From positions 6,423,102-6,487,101 of the forward strand of contig NW_002060944.1 of the NCBI RefSeq assembly GCF_000150275.1: 64,000 nucleotides of DNA, given 5' to 3'. Each line of letters opens with the position of its first letter. Position 1 is the stretch's first letter. Both the position numbers and the translations under genes were made by a program. Positions 42,088-54,768 of this stretch are shown here, in pieces. The stretch is from Trichoplax adhaerens (lineage: Eukaryota; Animalia; Placozoa). The notes beneath the pieces were generated by a model. It did not search any database. It saw nothing but the letters and a program-made list of their open reading frames with translations, and was not told the origin of the DNA.

Positions 42088-43110
42088 GCAGTACTGTACA
42101 GTAGGTACACTGTACGGTACACTCATACTGTACTGTACAGTACTGTAGGTACTTACAGTGTACAGTACGCTATGCACAGCACACTCCATACTGTACACTG
42201 TAGGGGCATGGGCTTGATGGACTAGTTGTCCATAACTGACTAACAATGAGACTGTTTAGTACTGATACTGGTACGTACCATTTTTACCTATGAAAGCGTA
42301 GAGTACAGTATGCGGTACCATACTGCAACTTAGCAGGCTAATACCAGCTAATTTGGATGTCAATCGCAGACAGTATATAGTACCATACGCATTATCCGCA
42401 TTAGGGCTGTTGAAAACTGATGTCATGGACTCATAGTTTCCGGCTTTGGATGTATCACTCATACTCAATCCGTTGAATCACTCACTCATTACGCAATACG
42501 CAGTGGTACAAACTATAAACTACCAATAAAAGTCCGGATTCCTTGCTGAAACGTCTCCAACTGAAACAGTCCAACAGTCCAACTGTCCATTCTTGAGTAC
42601 GGTACACTGTACTGTAAATGAAATTGATTGTACTGTACAGTACAGTACAGTATAATATTGTACAGGGTTACAAAACCTTCATTTTTACTTTGTACTGTAG
42701 CGTCTCGCGTACTTTAATTAATAATTACGATGAAAGTAAACGTCGTACGTAAATTTTGATGACAGATTCGTGTAAATTAACTCTTTTTCTATAGACTGAT
42801 ATAAAATTTGTCAAAAAAAAAAAAAAAATTTAATCCATCTGTTTGCACCAAAATCATAGAAATTAGCCCGTCCACACTGTACTGTACAGTACTGTAGGTA
42901 CTGTACATTGTACAGTGTACAAGCAAGGCCTTCTAGACCTGAGAAAGGTACGGTACGGTTCGGTTCGGTTCAATACCTTTATGATCTATACAGGCCTACT
43001 CAAAATGACCAGTAGTCCATAAAAACAAGAAACAGTCATGCGTGATGCGTTGTATTTTGAGATGTCTCGCCTCTTTTTGCAGTATTTTATTAGTACTGTA
43101 CTGTACTGGT
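42088..43110. repeat. Several TACAG/CTGTA arrays in the RPS9/BUD31 divergent promoter
   Basis: Clusters at ~42090-42200, 42598-42665, 42874-42920 and 43092-43108, including the palindromic tgtactgtacagtaca. Confidence 0.85.
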
Positions 43111-43246
43111 AGCAAAGTACTGCATGATACCGTTGATACCCATACTAACTGACGCATAGCCACATTACTAACTGAAAATCGCTTGCGGTAAAAGATCACT
43201 TCGTCATCATTCAGTTCAACTTCTTCTTGCAAACTTTATTGCCGAC

Positions 43247-44834
43247 ATGGGGAAGATAAAACGTAGCAAAAAGCCTCCTCCAGAAGGTTACGAATTGATC
43301 GAACCAACACTAGAGGAATTAGATGCTAAAATGCGCGAAGGTAACGAGATTGATGAAGCCTTTTATATGTATTGACAGTATTATGAATTGACTTTAACCG
43401 TGGTATAAAATGACGGTTACAAAATACAGTCATGTCCTGTCTTGTACAACATGAACAACCTTGATACCTGTAAATTAGCTTGCTACGCAATAGCAAGCTC
43501 TTAACAGATTCAACATCCAAATACAGTATTTTACTCAAATCTAGTAACAAGATATTATCAGTTTGTAATGTAGCTGATACAATTGGAATAATGATGATAA
43601 TAGCAACAAAACTTAGCTGAAAGCAATATTATTTGCCATAGCATTGTGGAAACCTTCATACAACGTCTAATTATGCCATCTGCGTAAAGCAGTGCGAAAA
43701 CAGATCAATAAGTGTTCATGAACGTTATTAATCTCGCTATGGACTTTGAACAGTATTAATTAATTAATGAGCTGCAATACGTGTAATATCTTAAATAACC
43801 TACTATTATACGAGTTTGTGTATCATCATCAATATACTCAAAGGAATAATGTAATTCATGTCTAATCCTGTTATTAATGACGATTAAAAATTCTTACAGC
43901 TGAAGTTGACCCTCACGAAGGAAAGAGAAAGGTAGAATGCCTTTGGCCCATCTTTAGGTACTGAGAACAACATTGAAACAAATATTTAGCATTTACTACC
44001 TATGAAAACTCCAACTGTACCATAATTGTTGCCTTATAACATCTAACTCTCCCACTTAGTATTACTGATCATAATGAAACTAATGCTATATACCCCTTCA
44101 TGTCATGCAATAGGGTCCATCATCAACGATCTAGGTATATTTACGATCTGTACTACAAGAGAAAGGCTATCAGTAAAGGTATGGTCATGATTTTACTCGA
44201 AGACAGTGTGTAATAGACGTAACTGTAGCGATAGTAGTGTACGGCTACTATAGGATTGAAAAAATTTCCCTATTGTAGCTTCTAATTATAGTAATAATCA
44301 TAATCGGGCTTATGATTTACTAATGCTTCAAGCGTAATCTTGAAAATATCTTCCTTTCTATTTTACTCAATTTGTTCTGGTCTCGATAACTGATACTGCA
44401 GTAATCGTAGCTGAGTTTATAATTCCATTTCCTTCAATACGCACTTTTATTGGTCCTTATGATATATATTCGAGGACATTCAACAACTGCCGCATTACAA
44501 CTTGATTAATACCTGTAATTCTTGCATTCCTTACAGAACTATATGAATATTGTTTAAAAGAAAGTATCGCAGATAAAAACCTCATTGCAAAGTGGAAAAA
44601 GAACGGTTACGAGAATTTATGTTGCCTAAGATGCATTCAAACCAGGGATACCAATTTTGGAACTTCATGTATCTGTCGTGTGCCCAAATCTAAATTAGAG
44701 GAGGTTAGTTCTTAGATGCAGTTATATAACAATCAATAAAGGATTTGAAATCCCTTTTAATCATTCACTTATCCTTGCTTTAGGATCGTGTTATCGAATG
44801 TGTGCATTGTGGATGCCGTGGTTGTTCTGGATAA
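43247..44834 (+). CDS. BUD31: BUD31/G10 splicing factor
   Basis: Five exons: [22 protein letters not shown]...[17 protein letters not shown]...[28 protein letters not shown]...[12 protein letters not shown]. Confidence 0.97.
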
Positions 44835-45737
44835 AATGCTTGTCCAAGATTGAGTATACTATAGGCTACAGTTTAGCGTATGGTAATGTGTTATACTAAA
44901 AGCTAGTTCCTGCTAGTTTTTGACTTAAAACTACTGATAGTATTTTATGCTTTATGTAGCGGGCATGCTATCAATAACGTTATATCGACTAGTAAGTTGT
45001 GTTTGTTTTACAGTACTGTCTCACTGACAATTAGAATCGGCTTAGGGTGGCAGTGGTATCGTTTTCGTAGTAATTTTGAAACTTCATAATACGATATAAA
45101 TGTGTTCAAACATCAACTGTTATATTATTGAAAACAATAAGTTACAATACGTAGCGTCTGATCAGTTGAAACCGCAGTACGGAAGTGCGTCAAAGACTTA
45201 ATTACCAAGCTAACGAATTTGAATTAAATTTTAATATTTGTGTATCTCGAAATATTTATCGAAACCGATCCAGACTACCGGTACAACTTCCGCTATTCAC
45301 CCTATGATAAACTGTTAAGAACTGATCGGTGTAATACCGTCAATCCAAATTAAATATAATCTACAAAACGAATTTATTACCCTATTGCAAATAAAATTTC
45401 GATTTAAAATCTCTTTTCAGTTATTTTATACTTTCGGCAAAGCATCATACCTAAAATTACTCTTTTTCAATCTAATTAGTAATACACTTATATTTGAAAC
45501 TATAATGCCCCTTCAGTAGACTACTGCAGTATTAATCGCCTACCTCATCAATTAATAATATTGTACTATGAATCAATTTTATTTGTTCCTGCTATTTGTC
45601 AATCGTTAAAAAGTAAAGTAAAATATTTTATAAAATATTTATGACCTTTTAGTAAATGCTGTAGATCAATTTACGCCGTGCATATAATAAAACTTTAATT
45701 TCCATTGAATAGCAATTATTAATTACAAGATTTCATC

Positions 45738-48700
45738 TTAATCAACAGTTACAGACCAACCAACATGACGAAAACAAATAGCAAAGTACAATTTTATTTC
45801 AGGCTCAGGCAAGTACCACTCGATTGTAATCTGTCTCTCGCCGATTGTAAACGAAACTCTTAGTCTCTTTGGCATAATTTCTTGTGCACATATGCTAATA
45901 ACATTGCCACGTCGTAAAGGTGGCAATTTATTCTTTAACGCGTTCCCATCTTTGTAAATTAAGCCAGAGCTGCTGATGTAGATAGCACCTGGCTGTCTAA
46001 GGTTCCGTTGCACGAAGTCCACTCGATTATTAGCAAGTCCAATAGCATCACTTGATTCTGACTTACCGGTCCCACTAACAATTAGCGTGATTGTTTCACC
46101 TAAAATATAACAAGTGCCACTAGAGCGTAAAATTGTGGCAACTTCGCTAGAAATTCGCGTTGCTGTTCGGCCTTCACTGCTAATTTCATATTCCATCTTT
46201 GCATCGGGATCGCTACGAAAATTTTCCAACGCCCATTCTTTCACAAATTGTATCAGAAAAACGATGCTCAAAAGTTAATAATTCTTGCAGGATAAACCAG
46301 CTGTATACTCTACTATTTAAGATTTAATACACTATTGTAAACAGATAATTTAACCCTTAAAAAGCGTCAAGTCTAGCGTCAACAGATCATGCACATAGAA
46401 GGATATCATATCCAACCAGGAACTAAACTGAACTAAACTACGTATTATAAGTTCTTAATCATCTCTTATAAAAATAGTGCCGTTCCTAAAACTAACAATA
46501 CGTGTAAATATTTTTACAGTAATAAAATAACTGATATAGAATATCGAATATTTAGACCAAACTTACTGTGTGACGGAATGGCTGTACGACCTGTTTTAGG
46601 CTCGCTCCACATTCCCCAATCAGAAAAAGGGGAAGGTCGTGAACGCACGCGAAAACTGTACGTCGTTGTCGAAAGTAAATCCCTAACGACGAAATAGTTC
46701 GGCCTTCCCGAATATACTGTTTCGTATTTAACTTTACCCGGTGTTTCTTCATAGATATCACCTTCATAGATTTGTAACTGATATTCTTTGTCAGATTGCG
46801 AATTGGTATCTATGGTATCATCGTTGTGCTATATTAAGTATAGAAGCATAAAAATATATAAAACTGCCATAAAATTGTTTAGATTAGCCAATTGAAAAAG
46901 TTTAAAAGGCATACTATATCTTATCTAAAATATCATATAGCAATCTACTAAAAATTCATCTAGTTATTAAAGCCTTAGTTCTATAGAAAATACTCTCACC
47001 TCAGACCATTCAATATAAAAAGCTCCAGGCCTTTCTACCATTTTAACAATGACTGGAATTTCTGATACAAAACAGTGGGACTGAATTGCATCTAAAATTG
47101 AATTTAGATATCTATCATTCAAATTGACCAATATTGAACGCAGTTGACCACTTTGCTCATTCAAGCTATTACCACTAAGAGCAAAGAGTAAGACCCAGTT
47201 AATTTGGTTAAATCTCGCAAGATTTCACACTGCATTTACGTAATAATAGTAACTGATAACGCAGGATTTAATTTTAAAAGATTCAAGTCTACATATTATA
47301 TTACGGTTGCAAACCTCTGTTCTAAAAATTTTAAATTTTTCTGTTTGAGGGTGGCTTTATTGTTAAGAACTTCAGCATCTTTACTTTTAAGTAATAGCTT
47401 ACCTAGAAGTTTGTTAATAGTATATCCATGTTACTATAACAAGCAACGGTCTCAACCTATTTTCTAAAATTATTTTCTGTTAAGTAGTGATATACAAACT
47501 GTACATATGCATACAGCAACAAAGCATAAATAATATTTAAAGAATTTATCATGTATCTCGCTAAAGCTTCGACGTAATATATTCTTACATCATATATCTA
47601 TTATTTTTTATTAACTATTAGACTAGTTACATTATTAATGTACTTATTTGAGAATAAGACAAATTTTTCGTGCAATCGAAATGCCAAGATTACGATCAAC
47701 TATCCTATAGATGCACCAGCCAATATGTATATATATATACGCATGGTAGCGGTATAAGCTTAATGCTGTAATTAAACATATCATATATTGCACGTACCTT
47801 CTTCCATAAGTACGATTCCAGAAGCTAATTGTGTTGCTAAGTTCTCCTGTTGATTTAAGAATGGTTTGATATGTCGATGTTCCTGGGCTTCAACTTGAGC
47901 TAAAAGTGCATCTAAACGTTTTTCTAAGGCATCAACGATTGCTTTGCGCGCTGCGAATAAAAAAGGTTACAGTTGAAACCTCTCGTATACTTTAGGCATA
48001 CTCTATTAATCATCCAGCAATTAAAATTAAAATCAAACGTGTTACAGTAGATACACTTGCATAACCTTTCGTGAAATGGGCTGTTAATTGTCGTCGCGTG
48101 TCTGAAGCATTAGCAGTCATTTTAGCCACATAGTAAGCGTGTTTCCCCATTTTATCATCTATTTGATTACATACTCTCTTTACTTTGGCTAACGTATCAA
48201 ATAGCTCCACTTTACATTGCTTGACTGCCGTATTCATACCTTTATCTGCAACACCAGTCTGCCATATTTTAATAGTAACAATAATTATGTTACTAAAATA
48301 TCAAATAGGCAAGGAAAACACAATAGTATTCACATCACAGAACATATTCCTTAATGCGCATAATTGGCTCACCTAAATTTTTAAATAACCTAAGAGCGTA
48401 AGATATGATATTTATCTATATAGAAACTGTTATTTATGAGTAGAAACAACTGTATAAAGATATATCTAACCTTTCTGAACTTGCTGTGGAAATGATCATT
48501 TTTTATTAATTCTAAAAGAGAATTATGAACTTTAACATCTTTAACATTCTGTATTGCCAGTATAGATGCTTTACACATTAGAGGACAAGTTATAACTGAT
48601 GATTCTTTAATGCGGACATGTTTCTCAATGCACTCGTTGCAGAATACATGGCAACAAAGCATTAAGCGTGGCAATTTGTCATCGCTAGTTGTCAGTTTTT

Positions 48701-49819
48701 CCTTACATAGGGCGCATGTAGTTAGCTTAGCTTCTACAGGTGATAGCACAGACTTGGTTTACCATGGTTATTCGAAGCCCATAAGATTTTAAACATCGAA
48801 AAATATAAAAATTAGTAACTACCCTTGTCTACAAAAGTCCTATTGCGTCTGACAGCAAAAAGAAGATAGATTTAATTTTCCAAAATGTAATTGTCGATAT
48901 CGCATATTGAATCGTAATGATTATTATTGATATTTTACGCTTGTTTTAGCAATAGATTTGGAGTACGGTAAATGTTATAGTCTCGATTGTGCTTTGAAAA
49001 ATTTTTCAACTCCTTACGACTTTTAATCTCTTATTGTAATTGATACTGTTCACTAGTCATGCTAATATAACGAGCTAGTGGGCGTAATTACATACCTACA
49101 GTAAAGTATATGAAAGTTTATGGAGGATCAAATAAACTGATAATCTTGGTTAATAAATGATCGCTTGCATTTGGAATCTTATTTCTATGCAGGTGAATAA
49201 TAGATTAATAGGTGCAACATTTTTGATCAACAGAAAGAAGTATCTTGATCTCCCTTACTAATTATTGTTAGCAAGGGTAAAAATATCGATACGATATTGT
49301 ATAATTAGTCTATCCAATGAATATCTACAATCGATTACGCGTGCAAGTTCGAATTATTAATAACTTTATGGTAACTCACTATTAAATAGAAATGGACACT
49401 ACTGTACGATACAACACTAAGTTGCATTAAAAATTTGATCGAACGATCTAATTAAATTAACTATCTGCATCAATCGCAGGTTACAATTAGTTATTAACTA
49501 CTAGCATTCCAATTATAACAAAGTTTTTCATTTAACGCAATTATTTTGCTCTCTTCACTTTACATTGAACATGCTGTTTTAACATAAAAATAACAGATAG
49601 CATATGCAAGACGAACGCAATTAGCTGCAACGATATTATACGAATGCGAAATGTAAATTGAAGATTTAGCAAGAATAAGTATCTGTTTATGATAGTTTGG
49701 CCACGGATCTTAAGCCACTATACAGTATACAGTAAAATTGGAAAGCAAAATAGATACATTAAAAGACGAAAATCAATGCTAACCAATCTCTTATACCTTA
49801 CCTCATCGATAGGATCCAT
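45738..49819 (-). CDS. CRLF3: Cytokine receptor-like factor 3 homolog with N-terminal RING finger
   Basis: RING exon ~48750-48471; coiled coil (ANASDTRRQLTAHF...LEKRLDALLAQVE); VERPGAFYIEW; FN3 (YSFRVRSR...WGMWSEP); C-terminus LRVSF...REITIEW-like...LYFAICFRHVGWSVTVD*, resembling the human CRLF3 end (LYFGCSFFYPGWKVLVF). The start exon (MDPIDE|gtaag at 49819) is tentative. Confidence 0.8.
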
Positions 49820-51909
49820 TTGATATCTCTACGAAAGTCTGCAATAGACTATGTAAAATACTGTCGTGAAAGCAGTGGAATTATTCCAGCGTTAACTATT
49901 GCATTAAGCTAACAATAAAAAATCATAGCGATAGGTAACACGCTATTGTAATGCTTAATTCTATATGTAATATTACGTTCCTATGCTAGGGGAGAAATCT
50001 TAATATGTATCGAACGATTTATATTTACTCGTAAACTTAATGTTATATTAAAGGAAGAATAAATAAACATTATCAATTTTATACAATATTGCAACATTAT
50101 CCAATAAGGAACGGCTTACGCAGTATATTTTAGGCACAGCCTCTGCTTTATTTACACTGATACCTAAACATACAGTAGGTTAAAGTCATTACCGACTGCG
50201 TAAGTCCCGGATGAGGACATGTAAATAAATCACCTTAAAAATTGCACGTAGATTATGAATTAAGTTCAAGCGTAATTTCTAACTTTAATGATCACGTTTC
50301 ATATAATTCATATTTATATACAGTATAGTAATGTAGCACGTCTCATACACGCATGTTTTGTCCATGACGGAAGGATATAAACGACTGGTTTTCTACGTAT
50401 ACTATATATACATTTGGATATTGTCTTGATATTTCTGGGTTATTTTTTAATTGCTCCTAACCTGCAACCATTGAGGTATCCCAGAGTAATCAATATAATC
50501 TTGAAAATTACGTTTATCGTCATCATTATCGACATACGGGCTCGGGATGTATCGTATAAAATTTTCGCAGGTTATCACAAATGACATTATTAGGTATTGA
50601 TTTCTTAATCTTTATTATAATACTGTAATACTACAGTATACTAGCCCCAAGACCGTTCTAGGAACGGTTAGCCCCTTTGATTAAAATAGATTAATTTTAT
50701 TTTGTTACTGATCAATGCTAGATTCAAAGTATGAAAACTATACTGTGCTAGTTTGACAGAGTAGACAGTGTACATCAAACACACGTACACGCACAAATTT
50801 ATTTTAACACAGTAACGGATTAAGCTTGGATACCCTTGAATACATCCATAAACTTGTGGCACTTGTGCAATTTATAGGTTTTTTATTTTTTATCCGATAA
50901 TTACTTTTATTACAGTAGCTTCTAGACTTTTTTGAGCTTTCATGATGATTATGCAGACATCAATACGTATTTTTTCGCTCAATGGGCATTGTACTGGTAT
51001 AGTAAATCACACTACTTTTATATTGTTACTTTTAAGAGTATTACTACTGGTATATGAAGATATATGTCTTGTAGTATTACTTGAAAGCTATGAAAACTTG
51101 CTATGGTGTTAAGGGAAAATGCAAGATTCTTCTTTCAAGTTTTCGCTGAATGTGATTTTGGATGAGAAAATATTAAGGCTGATATAGGAATGAAAATATT
51201 GAGTGAATAGGTTTGAGGGAAGAGTATACGATGCTAAGAATTTTATTTAGTGCTACCAAACAAGATTGAGGATAGGGGCTGCAAAATGTGGTATTTCTGT
51301 TAATCCTGTTGCATGTACTCGACTATTACGATGGAGTCCATGACTAGAGCAGAGAGTCAGTGACGATCATTTTTCTCTGACATGCTTTGCTTCTGCATTG
51401 GTATTGTACCGTATTTTCTACACAGGTAGTCACGATAGATAGGTTTTATTTTATTTGCAGTCACTATCAAAATTGCAATACCTATGTTATGTGGTGTATT
51501 TGTTACAGGAATTAATATGAAAGTCCCCGATCAGAATACATAATAGTCGAATTCAAGCGACGCAGAAGCAAGATCTCCTTAAAACGTCCGACCAGGGACT
51601 ATTTGTACTAAAGCCTCCTGTTTCACTCCAAATAATCTCCGTCTCAATTCATACACAAATAGAATTAATTAATCCATTCATGATGTATATCAATATAGGC
51701 TGAGCAGCATTAGGTGAATTAGTGTCATTTTTGGATGTGGTCAAGGAGGATTTAGTCAGGGACTTTTTGCGAATTTTGAAAATTTTCAACATTGGCGATA
51801 CTCTTCTGTACCGTATGACAGATTTGGAAACACAGACCCATGACTGACGGACCTCGGACGATACGGTACAGTCCAGTTTTTTAAATGTACCGTAAGCGCG
51901 GTAACTCAC

Positions 51910-51960
51910 TTCCAAGGCGGCGAGATATCTTTGAAGTTGTGGAAACTGCTTAAACACGTA
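51910..51960 (-). other. Probable non-coding first exon of the CRLF3-like gene
   Basis: Strong donor GAA|gtgagt at 51910/51909 in a relatively GC-rich patch next to the 288-bp triplication. Assignment is inference only. Confidence 0.35.
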
Positions 51961-51964
51961 CACT

Positions 51965-52828
51965 CGAACAGTAGTTTAGTAAGAAGATATTTAGAGCTGG
52001 CCGGCAATCGTGTGTCGCTTCAGTACAGTGCTCAAACACGACCTGCACAACGTGTCGTTGCAACGCCTGACGTTTCACTGACGAACAAAATTCAATTGAG
52101 GTAAACGAGCTGCTTCAAAATATTATTAACATAGACCTTCAAGTATTTTCTCCTCTTTCTATTACGCTTGGAAGCCATTGAATCCTGCAATTACTTTGAT
52201 GTAAAAGGTCGTTGTTGATTGATTAAGTGGAAAAGTTTAAAGATAAAGATAGCGAACAGTAGTTTGGTTAGAAGATATTTAGAGCTGGCCGGCGGCAATC
52301 TTGTGTCGCTTCAGTACAGTGCTCAAACACGACCTGCACAACGTGTCGTTGCAACGCCTGACGTTTCAGTGACGAACAAAATTCAATTGAGGTAAACGAG
52401 CTGCTTTCAAAATATTAACATAGACCTTCAAGTATTTTCTCCTCTTTCTATTACGCTTGGAAGCCATTGAATCCTGCATTACTTTGATGTAAAAGGTCGT
52501 TGTTGATTGATTAAGTGGAAAAGTTTAAAGATAAAGATAGCGAACAGTAGTTTGGTTAGAAGATATTTAGAGCTGGCCGGCGGCAATCTTGTGTCGCTTC
52601 AGTATAGTGCTCAAACACGACCTGCACAACGTGTCGTTGCAACGCCTGACGTTTCAGTGACGAACAAAATTCAATTGAGGTAAACGAGCTGCTTCAAAAT
52701 ATTAACATAGACCTTCAAGTATTTTCTCCTCTTTCTATTACGCTTGGAAGCCATTGAATCCTGAATTACTTTGATGTAAAAGGTCGTTGTTGATTGATTA
52801 AGTGGAAAAGTTTGAAGATGAAGATAGC
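51965..52828. repeat. Tandem triplication of a 288-bp unit between the CRLF3-like and PALB2-like genes
   Basis: Units start at 51965, 52253 and 52541 (cgaacagtagttt...agataaagatag); near-identical, with a few SNPs/indels. Confidence 0.97.
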
Positions 52829-54381
52829 CAAGTTCGACAAGGCCGACTATTGCATGGCTTAATACAGTAAAGTTAGTTCAAGAGAGCTGAAAGATGCCCT
52901 TTCATTGGCGTCATGCTTGTGTCAATCGAGTTGTAATTTAAAAGTGGAAAAATCACTGGGTCTAAGATCTGAAAATCGAGGCGATTGTCAATTTTCTCTG
53001 CCATTTTTATCTGACAGTGAATATCGATTTCAATATGAACAAGGGAAAAGGATTTCAAGAAAAGGTAGACAACAGTACAGTAGATCTGATAAATTAATCG
53101 TTCTACATCCCACAATGTTGTGGTAATTCTGGCTCAAGCAGATGTTGTAATCTTGTAGCCTCTCTTTATCCATTAGTTGCATACTATTTGCTGATATCAG
53201 CGCTATCATTGCAAAATTGTTTATTGACTCCATTACTGTTTCGCTGTGACAGCCTAATTATTCATAAATGACCGAATTTCTGTAGTAGTTTGACTTCTAT
53301 TACCCGGATCAAGTTATAAATATCATTCAGAATTGCGCAATTCTCATTGTAAAGAACTAAATGGTGCCTGCAAAGGTTATACAGTACAAGACATATTCAA
53401 TCTTTATTCTATGCAACCAAGTAGACACACATTTACTCTTCTTGATAACCCTAACTTGACTGACTTGACACAGTATGAATAGAAATTTCTATAGCCGCTC
53501 AATCGATCCAATGACTGTCATAAATTTTCATTGCTGTAGCATAATATTAATCATATTATTATGATACTACGAACTGCAATCTTCAAATTTTTACCCACAA
53601 TCAGCACAATCTATTTTATACTAATATACAGTAGCTAAAAATGTTGACCTTGTCTACTCTTTATTATATTGGATCGTCTACGGGTCAACCAGATTAGCAA
53701 TAGAGAAGTACAGTGACGCACGTACAGTAGACAGCATAATATCGCTGCGATCATTATGCATCGATAAATATTTTATTCTTTGTTAATACGATTTGAATAC
53801 TGACGATTACGTTATGTTATTGACTAATATAAATGATTAATTGATGATCGGTCATGCCTGGCAAATTTTTCAAGCACTCATAAGCAACAGAAGTTCTCAA
53901 ATATATGCACATATACTATAAAACATGATAAATTGACAAGACAATCCGGTAATAAAAACGCATAACCCAATACTGGTTGAGCGAACAAATCTATTTCTTA
54001 GTCGATTGGACTTTGCTAACTTGTGCTCTACTGTAGAACGCTATGACTACTGCCGGAACATAATTACAGTATTTATATCATTACAAGTCCTGTTACGTTG
54101 ATGATATCCCCTTCACGGTAGCGCTACATCATGATTACTATCGTAGATTAAAGTCTAATCAATTCCATTATCCTTATTTTCTTTATTAAGATAGCTTGTC
54201 GTTCACTTAGCATTCAGGTATAGCGTAGTGCGTCATCAGCGAATACTTACTGACGCAATATAAAATAAAATAAAATATAAATAATTCTGCCTACTGCATA
54301 CGTTCATGGATTAAAACACTGAAGTATTCCCATTTTCACTGATGCACAATTAGCTTAAGTTAAACCATTTCGATATTATTC

Positions 54382-54529
54382 AATAGATAAAAAAATAAGA
54401 CTACAACACAACGTCTAAAAATATGTTGTAACTCTATCGAAACCGGTAATTTAGTAATAGATAAAAAAATGAGACTACAACACAACGTCTAAAAATATGT
54501 TGTAACTCTATCGAAACGGGTAATTTAGT
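54382..54529. repeat. 74-bp tandem duplication
   Basis: aatagataaaaaaat(a/g)agactacaacacaacgtctaaaaatatgttgtaactctatcgaaac(c/g)ggtaatttagt x2. Confidence 0.93.
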
Positions 54530-54768
54530 TATTGATCAATAAGTTGCATAATATGTAATATTAATGGAAAAATAGAAGAAATATCATATGCTAAGATGAG
54601 ATAATAGCCAGTTTTACTATCTACCAGACAGTATGATTGATTCATTATAATATACAGTACTATAGAATAGAATAAAAGTACGTTTGTTTGAAAGGCAATA
54701 CAGTAATATGTACCTCATTTAATGAGAGATTGATATCAACTATTATTTCTGATGCATATGGTACATAG

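Noticed and set aside
51649-51963. 104-aa minus-strand ORF
   Set aside because: Non-ATG start, no recognisable domain, and it crosses a strong donor site; better explained as a UTR exon plus intron.
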